In this document: positions 11,600 to 20,529 of the stretch, piece by piece
How the letters are laid out: each line of letters starts with the position of its first letter
How positions within the stretch are numbered: the first letter of the stretch is position 1
Origin: Chamaesiphon sp.
Lineage (GTDB): Bacteria; Cyanobacteriota; Cyanobacteriia; Cyanobacteriales; Chamaesiphonaceae
Assembly (NCBI GenBank): GCA_965246715.1
Contig: CBDFFH010000021.1
Coordinates: 128,001-192,000 of the forward strand
DNA length: 64,000 nucleotides
Reading direction: 5' to 3'
Notes under the pieces: generated by a model
The model's input: only the letters and a program-made list of their open reading frames with translations
Told to the model about the DNA's origin: nothing
The model's database searches: none
Program-made: the position numbers and the translations under genes

Positions 11600-12257
11600 T
11601 TGTATGGACATAAAAAATTTAGTACTTTAGTTAAATCATTTCCAGCTATTTTTGAATTTGAAGAAAGATCTTCAGGGTCTAAAGGGTTAAAAGATATCTA
11701 TATTCGGAATAAAAGATAATGGGTGTTGCTGAATTCAGGTATGGAATGCACAAATAATTTTTGTCGGGGTAATGCCTCGCGCCTACCCCATGCCAAAGTG
11801 AAAGCCGATCGACATGCTAGATAACGGTCTCATCTCGATGCTAGAGATTGGATGCCAAAGAATTTCCTGGAAAATTTGGCTGTGAGGTCTGCCGATCGAT
11901 ATAGCTATGTTACGCAGCTGGCTTGTGGGGAACGAATAATATATGGTATACAGTGTATCCGGGAACGATGGCAATTATTAGCACCAGAGTAGATGTTCTT
12001 CCGCTCGACGAGATCGAGACATCTCAGCAGTCAGCGACGGTGAAAAAACATTTGTGCTACATCGAGGTTGAGTCTATGGAACAGAACGATCTCGAGCCGA
12101 TCGAACTTGCCAACTTGTTGAATTTGCTACAAACTTAACCGAGATAATGTATCTTTAGATTAAATTCATCTGGACCAGAGCTAATGTTCGCTCACACTCA
12201 ACTAAACTTTAGACTTGGATAATTATCGTGATAAAATGTTAAACTTGGGTTCGTTCT

Positions 12258-13124
12258 ATGCTTGATGTAAAGCCTTTTCTACCTTCACAGTCTATGGCAA
12301 TTTCGATCGAGCATTCGATTATCTCCACCAAATACCCAATGATGGTAATTGGTGGAGCAGAAGACAAGGTTAATGAGTGCGGGATCTTAACCGCCTTCTT
12401 TGAGAGTGCTGGTGGGGATCTGTCTACGATCGGCATCATACCTTGTGCTTCTCAAGAACCTGTGGTGGTGGGCGATCGCTATTATCAGATTTTTCGCAAG
12501 ATGGGTGCCGAGCAGGTGCAAGTGCTCGATATCCGCCAACGCAATGAATGCGATCGAGAGCAATGGTTGGCCGTATTAGCTCAATGTACTGGAATTTTTT
12601 TGACTGGCGGGGATCAGTTACGCCTGAACGACCTACTGGGTGGTAGCAAATTTATCGACACGGTCAAACAAAGAGTTCAGCTGGGCGAACTCACTCTTGC
12701 TGGTACCAGTGCTGGAGCGGCGATCGTCGGTGAAAAGATGATTTCTGGCGGTAGCAGTGGTGAATCACCACATCAATTATTGGTCGATCTGACGGTTGGT
12801 TTGGGCTTTTTGCCAGAGCTAATCGTCGATCAACATTTTCACAACCGCAATCGGATGGCACGATTGATGAGTGCGATCGCGGCTAATCCTGACAAATTGG
12901 GGATTGGGATCGATGAGGATACTTGTGCAGCTTTTCGGGGCAATGGCACGTTTGAAGTGCTTGGCAAAGGTACCATTACGATTATCGATCCTGGGAGATT
13001 AACCCATACAAATTATCTTGAAGCTGACGAAACCATGCCGCTGAGCTTGCATAACCTCTCCGTACATGTGTTGGTTCAGGGCGATCGTTATGACTACAAG
13101 CATCGTGTTGTCTTGATGCCGTAG
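12258..13124 (+). CDS. cphB: Cyanophycinase
   Basis: IGGAEDK, TGGDQLRL, AGTSAGA (catalytic Ser), DQHFHNRNRMARL, GIGIDEDT; upstream of cphA. Confidence 0.96.
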   Translation: MLDVKPFLPSQSMAISIEHSIISTKYPMMVIGGAEDKVNECGILTAFFESAGGDLSTIGIIPCASQEPVVVGDRYYQIFRKMGAEQVQVLDIRQRNECDREQWLAVLAQCTGIFLTGGDQLRLNDLLGGSKFIDTVKQRVQLGELTLAGTSAGAAIVGEKMISGGSSGESPHQLLVDLTVGLGFLPELIVDQHFHNRNRMARLMSAIAANPDKLGIGIDEDTCAAFRGNGTFEVLGKGTITIIDPGRLTHTNYLEADETMPLSLHNLSVHVLVQGDRYDYKHRVVLMP

Positions 13125-13268
13125 TCAGATTTCACTGTCCGCAGCGCCTCGTTCGCGCAGCGTCTCTGGAAGAGAATCGCGATTCCCTGGAACGAGCGAC
13201 TATCCCCAGATCGTTAAGCTGGTAACTATGTAGTACGTGCGGGTTGATTAATTAAGATAAGTTGTTTT

Positions 13269-13282
13269 GTAACAAATGATAC
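13269..13282 (+). promoter_or_regulatory. Putative NtcA box upstream of cphA
   Basis: tGTA-acaaatga-TAC (GTA-N8-TAC) in the cphB-cphA intergenic region. No canonical -10 box at 22-nt spacing. Confidence 0.5.
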
Positions 13283-13468
13283 GGAACTAGAGGTTCGATT
13301 TGAAATTAAGTATAAGTAGATCTGCACGATTAATCCAACTGTCAATGCGATTGTAGCAAAGAATTTTTCAATTTAGTCCTTCCACAACCTATTTCAATCC
13401 CAAACCCTGAAACTCAGCTCAGGGTTTGTCTTAATTGAGATCTAATCAGCTAAAGCCACCTCACAACT

Positions 13469-16267
13469 ATGAAAATTCTTCAAACTCAAACGCTTCGAGG
13501 CCCAAACTACTGGAGTATTTCTCGTTCCAAGCTAATTCTCGTGCGTCTTGATTTGGAGGAACTAGCCGATCGCCAGTCCGATCGCCTTCAGGGATTTTAT
13601 GATGGATTAGTGGCCGCGCTACCAAGCTTAGACGATCATTTTTGTTCGCGGGGGTGCCAGGGCGGATTTCTGAGTCGGGTCGCAGAAGGGACGATGATGG
13701 GTCACATTCTAGAACATGTGGCGCTGGAGCTACAAACATTGGCGGGGATGTACGTCGGGTTCGGTCGCACTCGCGAGACGGCAACTCCAGGCGTATATCA
13801 GGTGGTGATTGAATACGAACATGAGGAGGCGGGACGTTACGCGGCAAGAGCGGCACTGCGGCTATGTCAAAGTATCGTCACTACAGGTACATACCCCCAA
13901 TCCGAACTAAAAAAAGATTTGGCCGATCTGATGAAGCTCCGGACAGAAGCGTCTGTGGGAGCCAGTACCGAAGCACTGGTGCGAGAAGCTCAAGCACGGG
14001 GGATCCCGTGGATGCAGTTAGAGACCTGCGATCTGATCCAGTTAGGTTATGGCAAGTATCAAAAACGGGTTCAAGCGGCACTAACCTCTCACAGCAACGT
14101 ACTCGCGGTAGAGCTAGCGGGTAATAAGGAGAGTACTAAAAAAATCTTGGCTCATTTGGGCGTTCCGGTGCCGTTGGGCAAAGTTATCTACTCATTCAAG
14201 GAGCTAAAAGAAACGATCGACGATCTCGGTGGCTTTCCGATCGTGATTAAGCCATTAGATGGTAATCACGGGCGGGGAATTACGATCGATATCCAATCGT
14301 GGGAGCGGGCAGAAGTTGCTTACGATCGGGCGCGGGAGGTGTCTAATGGTGTGATTGTCGAACATTTCTACCAGGGGCGAGATCATCGGATTTTGGTAGT
14401 CGATCGCAAAGTAGTGGCAGTAGCAGAGCGGGTACCTGCCCATGTCATCGGTAATGGCATCGAGACGATCTCCGCATTAGTCGATCGCGAAAATCGCGAC
14501 GCGCGTCGAGGCGAAGGACACGACAATATTTTGACGCAGATTCAACTCGATGATGCTACGGATGAGATGTTGAGAGGTCAAGGTTGTACCCTCGATACGA
14601 TCTTGCCAGCAGGGGACGTTTGCTTCCTCCGGGCGACAGCCAATCTCAGCACGGGCGGGATCGCCATCGATCGAACCGACGAGATTCACCCAGACAATGT
14701 CTGGTTAGCAGAGCGAGTTGCCGGGATTATCGGGCTAGATATCGCGGGGATCGATGTGGTGACGACGGATATTAGCAAGCCGTTGCGCGAAGCGGATGGG
14801 GTCATCGTCGAAGTGAATGCCGCACCTGGGTTGCGGATGCATGTGGCACCGAGTCAAGGTGTCGGTCGCAATGTGGCAGCGCCGATTCTAGAGATGTTGT
14901 TTCCCCCCGGTACGCCAACGCACATTCCGATCGTGGCAGTGACAGGAACTAATGGCAAAACTACCACGACGCGACTGATCGCCCATATTTTCAGTCAGGT
15001 TTATCCGGCGGTAGGCTTTACGACTACAGACGGAATTTATATCGGTGAGCGTCTAGTCGAGAAAGGCGATACTACCGGGCCGCAAAGCGCCCAGATGATC
15101 TTGCAAGATCCGACGATCGATATTGCCGTATTAGAGACGGCACGGGGAGGGATTTTGCGAGCGGGTCTGGCATTCGATCGCTGTGATATTGGCATCGTCT
15201 TAAATGTGGCCGCAGATCATTTAGGATTGGGAGACATCGAGACGATCGACCAAATGGCTAAAGTCAAAGCGACGATCGCTGAATCGGTGAGAGCGGATGG
15301 TTATGCCGTGCTCAATGCTGATGACGAGCGAGTTGCCGCTATGGCCGATCGGGTCGTTAGCAAGGTGGCCTATTTCTCCATGGATGCGGAAAACCCGTTA
15401 ATCCGCTCTCACGTTCGGAACGGGGGAATTGCCGCAGTTATCGATAATGACGGGTACTTGGTGATTTTACAGCAAGATTGGGTGCATCGCATCGAGAAAG
15501 CAGAGCGAGTACCACTGACATTGGGCGGTCGCGCACCGTTCATGATTGCCAATGCCCTCGCAGCCAGTCTGGGTGCATTCGTGCATGGAGTTAAAATCGA
15601 GCGAATTCGAGCGGCGCTATGCAGCTTCAAAGCCTCAGCGCAACAAACGCCAGGACGGATGAATTTATTCGATCTCGGTCGCTATCATGCGCTGGTAGAT
15701 TATGCCCACAATCCCGCCGGATATGCAGCCGTCGGCAGCTTTGTCACCAACTGGGATGGCCCAAAAATTGGGGTAATCGGCGGAGCTGGCGATCGCCGCG
15801 ATGAAGATTTGGTCGCATTGGGTAGCCTCGCAGCAACTTTTTTTGATGAGATTATCGTCAAAGAAGATGACGATTTGCGCGATCGACCTTGGGGTGAGGC
15901 CGCAGAGTTAATCGTCCAAGGGATCGAGCGAGTTGTCGAGACAGATCCGAACGTTTCAGTCACCCACTCGATCGTCCTCAATGAAGTTGAAGCAATCGAA
16001 CAGGCGCTCAATAATGCCCCCGACAATGCTTTGGTAGTAATCTTGCCAGAAAAAATTAGTCAGGCGATCGCGATGATTATGTCCCGCAATCCGATTGTCG
16101 ATCGTCCGGAAACTGCTGTAGCACCAGCAACGCGGCCAGAAAATCCCATCGCGATCGACCGCCACGATTCGATCGAACATACGCTACCGGTGATTAATTA
16201 TCCGCCGCAGCCGGAACAACTGCCAACTTTGAATAATTCGGAACGTCCAGGAGTGCATTTCGGTTAA
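13469..16267 (+). CDS. cphA: Cyanophycin synthetase (CphA1 type)
   Basis: LRGPNYWS start; N-domain C...HILEH; ATP-grasp domain (KPLDGNHGRG, EVNAAPG); Mur-ligase domain (VTGTNGKTTT, LETARGG, DYAHNP). Confidence 0.97.
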   Translation: MKILQTQTLRGPNYWSISRSKLILVRLDLEELADRQSDRLQGFYDGLVAALPSLDDHFCSRGCQGGFLSRVAEGTMMGHILEHVALELQTLAGMYVGFGRTRETATPGVYQVVIEYEHEEAGRYAARAALRLCQSIVTTGTYPQSELKKDLADLMKLRTEASVGASTEALVREAQARGIPWMQLETCDLIQLGYGKYQKRVQAALTSHSNVLAVELAGNKESTKKILAHLGVPVPLGKVIYSFKELKETIDDLGGFPIVIKPLDGNHGRGITIDIQSWERAEVAYDRAREVSNGVIVEHFYQGRDHRILVVDRKVVAVAERVPAHVIGNGIETISALVDRENRDARRGEGHDNILTQIQLDDATDEMLRGQGCTLDTILPAGDVCFLRATANLSTGGIAIDRTDEIHPDNVWLAERVAGIIGLDIAGIDVVTTDISKPLREADGVIVEVNAAPGLRMHVAPSQGVGRNVAAPILEMLFPPGTPTHIPIVAVTGTNGKTTTTRLIAHIFSQVYPAVGFTTTDGIYIGERLVEKGDTTGPQSAQMILQDPTIDIAVLETARGGILRAGLAFDRCDIGIVLNVAADHLGLGDIETIDQMAKVKATIAESVRADGYAVLNADDERVAAMADRVVSKVAYFSMDAENPLIRSHVRNGGIAAVIDNDGYLVILQQDWVHRIEKAERVPLTLGGRAPFMIANALAASLGAFVHGVKIERIRAALCSFKASAQQTPGRMNLFDLGRYHALVDYAHNPAGYAAVGSFVTNWDGPKIGVIGGAGDRRDEDLVALGSLAATFFDEIIVKEDDDLRDRPWGEAAELIVQGIERVVETDPNVSVTHSIVLNEVEAIEQALNNAPDNALVVILPEKISQAIAMIMSRNPIVDRPETAVAPATRPENPIAIDRHDSIEHTLPVINYPPQPEQLPTLNNSERPGVHFG

Positions 16268-16300
16268 GCAGCAAAGCGGGTACATAAATTAAGTGAGTGA

Positions 16301-16334
16301 TGGCGGGTGGACAATGACCACTCGCTATTTTTTT
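16301..16334 (+). terminator. Intrinsic terminator of cphA
   Basis: tggcgggtgg...ccactcgcta hairpin followed by T7. Confidence 0.7.
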
Positions 16335-16444
16335 GAGCCAAGCGAATTTCGATCGCGATTGTACCATTTTGGATTTTGGATTGGGAAAGCCTTGCTGTCT
16401 GTGGAGTCTACAAACCTATCTGTCGCCCTTATTTGTTAAATAAC

Positions 16445-16832
16445 GTGAGTTCGGGTTAAGGATATTTGCTTCGCTCAAGCACCGCACTCGATTGTGTCTT
16501 GTCGCACTAAACCCTCGGCAAAGCCGAGGAGCGCGCGCCGCAAATCGGTGCTAATAGTGCAAAGTCCGGTTGTTGCCGCGAGCGGCAAAAGCCTGCCTTC
16601 GAGGACTAGATAATTAGTCCGCGAAGCGAAAAGTGCATTTGGTCGGCTAGCCTTTTGGTCGGCTCGCCGACCATTAGACCAGTAGGTCTTGGGGTTTCCC
16701 CAAGTAGAGCACCTTTTCAAGACAGCGACGCGCGCTCCTCGGGTTCCCCGAGGGTTTAGCGCGTCAAGACAGGCGGACTTTGCATCATGAGCCGAGACTT
16801 CAGTCTCCAGGCTATTCTTATCCCGAACTCAC
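16445..16832. mobile_element. Non-coding MITE-like element with nested inverted repeats
   Basis: Outer repeats gtgagttcgggttaag (16445-16460) / cttatcccgaactcac (16817-16832) match 15/16. Inner ~46-bp inverted repeat at 16496-16541 / 16725-16770. Confidence 0.75.
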
Positions 16833-16953
16833 TGTGGTTTTGCTGATGAGTTATCGCGTAATCAATCAATTCATGCACAAACTCAAACAGTAGTAGTTCA
16901 AATTTGTAGATAACTCTGAATGTCCAAATTTTCAAGATCGAGCCAACTAAAAC

Positions 16954-17802
16954 ATGAATAAATATCTCGATCCTTCAACGTCGATCGGGATCGAGCTAAC
17001 AGGACTCGATCTCAACACGCTCAGTGACGATCGCATCGCCGAGCTGAAGTATTTACTAGCACACAAGGGTGTTGTGGTTGTGCGCAAGCAGTCACTAAGC
17101 GATACCGAGTTTGTCGCCTTGCTCGGGCGGCTAGGCTCCCTAGCATTTACCGCCGGCGAACAACCCGTTGTAGAACAGCAGTGGTTAAACCTCGTCAGCA
17201 ATGTGGGGCGGAAGTCTCCACCTCGCAGCGTTTTTCATACCGATACGAGTTATATTGCCAATCCCCCAGCTTATACTGCGCTCAAGGCAGTGACGCTACC
17301 ACGATACGGTGGCGAAACGCTATTTTCTAATCAATACCTAGCCTTTGACACATTGCCAATTAGCATCAAACAACGGTTGGCAGATGCAACAGTGTTACAT
17401 GTAGCTTCTGGGGTCGAGCCAGCTAACGGGGAAACTCAATCTTGGCATCCGTTATTTCGGCAACATCCAATTTCAGGGAAGATTGCGCTATTCTTATCGA
17501 CACCAGAACGGTGTCAGCGGATCGACGGACTAGATCTCACCCAGAGCCAGCGGGCGATCCGGTTGCTTTACCAACATTCGATTCGTCCCCATCGACTGTA
17601 TCGCCATCATTGGCAACAGGGCGACATTGTAATTTGGGACAATCGCTGCACGATGCATCGTGCGGATCATTCACAAGTGGTGGGCGATCGCGTCCTGCAT
17701 CGCGGTCTCGTCGCTGGTGAAGCGCCACTAACTGCTGTGCTACTCTCGGGTAGCACAGCAGTTAGCCTTAGTTTGCAGCAGGATCTAGACCTCAATTGGT
17801 GA
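16954..17802 (+). CDS. TauD/TfdA-family Fe(II)/2-oxoglutarate dioxygenase
   Basis: FHTDTSY (HxD), GGETLF, WQQGDIVIWDNRCTMHRA. Confidence 0.92.
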   Translation: MNKYLDPSTSIGIELTGLDLNTLSDDRIAELKYLLAHKGVVVVRKQSLSDTEFVALLGRLGSLAFTAGEQPVVEQQWLNLVSNVGRKSPPRSVFHTDTSYIANPPAYTALKAVTLPRYGGETLFSNQYLAFDTLPISIKQRLADATVLHVASGVEPANGETQSWHPLFRQHPISGKIALFLSTPERCQRIDGLDLTQSQRAIRLLYQHSIRPHRLYRHHWQQGDIVIWDNRCTMHRADHSQVVGDRVLHRGLVAGEAPLTAVLLSGSTAVSLSLQQDLDLNW

Positions 17803-17981
17803 TAGTGCAAATCTTTAAAGAAGTGAAGCTACCTTTCTAAGAACCTATTGGACACACAGCAAAAGTCACTGAATATCTGTCTGTCTAACGTTGCCCATCA
17901 CCCGCCACAAATCGGTATCATAACCGATCGACTCTCGGCGGTCAGTCAGTGTGCATGAGCGTTGTGATACTGTGCGCCCCG

Positions 17982-18302
17982 CTAAAAACGTCTTTCAGGG
18001 TAAAAGATAAATAGTGTGCAGCCTATCTTCGATTGGGGAATGTGGCCAGAACCGATGGGATGATGAATAAATGTTCCCGCTGGATAGTCCCGAGTACCAT
18101 CATTAAAAACTCCATCCATCACCAAAACTTCCTCTGAAGTGTCTTGGTGGAAGTCAACGCCTTCCCATTGAGCACCAGGTTCAATTTTAACAATTACTGC
18201 TTGTGCGCCATTCTCACCTTGCCATAACTGACGAGCACTAATCCCATTGAAAATTGCTCGAACAGGGCTATCCTGTCCGTTCGACCATACGATTGCACTC
18301 AT
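17982..18302 (-). CDS. ChrR-like cupin protein
   Basis: IEPGA...H...EEVLVMDGVFND...YPAGTFIHHPIGSGHIP.S..GCTLFI. Confidence 0.8.
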   Translation of the reverse strand: MSAIVWSNGQDSPVRAIFNGISARQLWQGENGAQAVIVKIEPGAQWEGVDFHQDTSEEVLVMDGVFNDGTRDYPAGTFIHHPIGSGHIPQSKIGCTLFIFYPERRF

Positions 18303-18400
18303 CGAAATATTCTCCTTTTAGTTCATAACTGAAGCTTAAACTGCTAAAATCTATTTGTCAAAGTGAACTTATCGAACTTTCAATTCATTTTTACTGATAT

Positions 18401-19348
18401 ATGGAATTTCGACATCTGCAAACCTTTCAATCGATCGCGCAGGAAGGCAGCTTTCTGAAAGCAGCTGAGAAACTCCAGTACGCACAATCCACGATTACGC
18501 TACATATTCAGCAGCTAGAAGCGGAACTAGGCATAAAACTGTTCTCTCGTCGTGGTAAACGCACAGAATTAACTATTGCGGGGAGAACCCTGATAGCTCA
18601 TGCCGATCGATTGCTACATCGTGCAGCAAACTTACAGCAAACTATGACCGATCTGGTTGCTGGCGAAGCTGGACATTTACGTATTGCTTCGATCGAACCC
18701 GTTGCCAGTATTTATCTGCCTGCCATCTTGGTACAGTTCTGTCAGAACCATCCTAAAGTGAGAATAACGCTTGAAGTAGGTGTGACTCAATCGATTAGTC
18801 AGCGCGTTGCTGTTGGGTCGATCGATCTAGCGATTTGCTCACCACCAAGCGCAAATCTAGACTTAACCTTTGAGTTGTTATTTCACGATCCGATCGCACT
18901 GCTAATTCCAGATACGCACCCACTCGCTACATTAGATGAGATTTCGGCACCTTTATTAGCCAAAGAGCGTTTAATTCTAACAGAGGAACATTGCCCATAT
19001 CGCAATATTTTTGAGAAGGCATTACTTTCTGAAGATATTAACCCTTTCTCCGGTCTTGAAGTGATGAGCTTAGAAGCACTAAAAGAAATGGTGCGATGTG
19101 GATTGGGTATTGGTGTAATCCCTGCGGCTGCGGTTGCATCTCCTCCCCCAAACACGATCGCTCGAAGCATTTCAGGACTAGATCTGAAATTACCGGTTGG
19201 TATCGTTTTCCAGTCAGAAGTAAGTTTTCCCGGCTCAGCCTTACACACACTAATTTCAGATTTGAAAGCTGGATCGAACAATGCTTATTTGAGTACAACT
19301 GAGAGATCGACTTCAAATACTTCTGTTCCGACAGATCGAGCAGTATAA
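18401..19348 (+). CDS. LysR-family transcriptional regulator, divergent from the cupin gene
   Basis: N-terminal HTH GSFLKAAEKLQYAQSTITLHIQQLEAELGIKLFSR, then a substrate-binding domain. Confidence 0.95.
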   Translation: MEFRHLQTFQSIAQEGSFLKAAEKLQYAQSTITLHIQQLEAELGIKLFSRRGKRTELTIAGRTLIAHADRLLHRAANLQQTMTDLVAGEAGHLRIASIEPVASIYLPAILVQFCQNHPKVRITLEVGVTQSISQRVAVGSIDLAICSPPSANLDLTFELLFHDPIALLIPDTHPLATLDEISAPLLAKERLILTEEHCPYRNIFEKALLSEDINPFSGLEVMSLEALKEMVRCGLGIGVIPAAAVASPPPNTIARSISGLDLKLPVGIVFQSEVSFPGSALHTLISDLKAGSNNAYLSTTERSTSNTSVPTDRAV

Positions 19349-19470
19349 TGTTCCCAATTACCTGTCGCTAGCAACAGGTGATTCACCCACAACCCCAATA
19401 CACTTTTGCCGTATTGAGATTGTGATGCCGCGAGCGATTTTTGCTAACTACCAGTTCGAGAAGCGAATCT

Positions 19471-20016
19471 TTAAACTGGCTCAAAGATCGTCCAATCTTC
19501 AACATTTACATCTTTTAAGATCGTTCCCGCTCGATCGAGTTCATCGTCCGTACCCTTAATGACGACTAAATACCCTCCTTGCGTCAAGCGATCGAGGTAA
19601 GGTTTGATGCGATCTGCGGAAATTTCATTCCGAATTCCAGCATTAATCAATCCGCCGGATAATGCTCCATAAAAAGCTCCAGTTGCTAGTCCCACGCCAG
19701 CGACAGCCAGCGAACCGAGTCCTGGTACCACCAAGGTTGCCAGCCCGCCCAGTAATACGCCAGCAGCACCGCCCAAACTCCCGCCAGTAAAAGCACCCGT
19801 GCCGACTCGCTCGACACTTTGCTGACTCTCAAATTGAGTTTGAGACTGAACGACGGGTACGGATGTTTCGAGAGCTTTATCTTCTGGCTCGATATGCTTG
19901 GTGACGACAGAAACATTGTCGATCGGAAAATCTGCTGCTTGCAGTCGATCGAGTGCCGCTTGGGTGCGCTCGCGATCGGCAAATACACCAACCGCATTTT
20001 TGTGTTGTGCTGACAT
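19471..20016 (-). CDS. General stress protein (YflT/17M-like) with glycine-rich membrane segment
   Basis: AVGVF...ALDRL...F...VSV, a glycine zipper GGSLGGAAGVLLGGLA..VPGLG, and Y..RL.QGGYLVVI.G. Confidence 0.75.
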   Translation of the reverse strand: MSAQHKNAVGVFADRERTQAALDRLQAADFPIDNVSVVTKHIEPEDKALETSVPVVQSQTQFESQQSVERVGTGAFTGGSLGGAAGVLLGGLATLVVPGLGSLAVAGVGLATGAFYGALSGGLINAGIRNEISADRIKPYLDRLTQGGYLVVIKGTDDELDRAGTILKDVNVEDWTIFEPV

Positions 20017-20529
20017 CTTTCAAGTTCCTAGATTGTAGGTTTATGTAAGCTCGATATTTTATGCCACAAAATATCGAGCTATTTCTGTGGACGAATAGTT
20101 GGCAGCATGGAGAAACAACCGATCGCGAACAATCTAGATTCAGGCATATTTAGATTGGTGGTGAAGGCGGCAAGGAAATCGCTCGTGCTGATGACTTTGC
20201 TAGCCCTTATTAAAATATCGTTACATGTGGATGATTGAAATCTTGTCTAGTTAAGCGATTGAATTGTATAAGAATTACAAAACGGTGGTTAAAATTTCGC
20301 TCGATCGTCGCTGTTGCACTTGGATCGTTGTTTCAATACACCTTTAGCAGCTACCTACTGAAATGCCACCGATTAAAACCGCTGAGGTTATCGGTAGCAA
20401 CTTGGGTTACTAGTGAATGGAGATATCAAAAGTATTGAGATAGTTTTCGTAGCTAAACATACAGCCAAATACAGCCGATCGCAGCTTAGATAGATTTAAG
20501 TAATCGATCGATAGCTGGACTAATTACCA

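Larger units (their letters stand above)
9474..11719 (+). pseudogene. NYN-domain (LabA/DUF88) RNase with C-terminal OST-HTH/LOTUS domain, inactivated
   Basis: Frame is open from 9474: KLAVLIDADN...RIYGDW...GKNATDSALIIDAMD...VSSDSDF. No start codon, in-frame TGA at 10089-10091, IS4 insertion at 10120-11599. The frame resumes as LYGHKKFSTLVKSFP...IYIRNKR* ending at 11719. Confidence 0.9.

Noticed and set aside
11923..12138. 71-aa ORF upstream of cphB
   Set aside because: No recognisable family or clear start; lies beside repeat debris, so I cannot support it as a gene.
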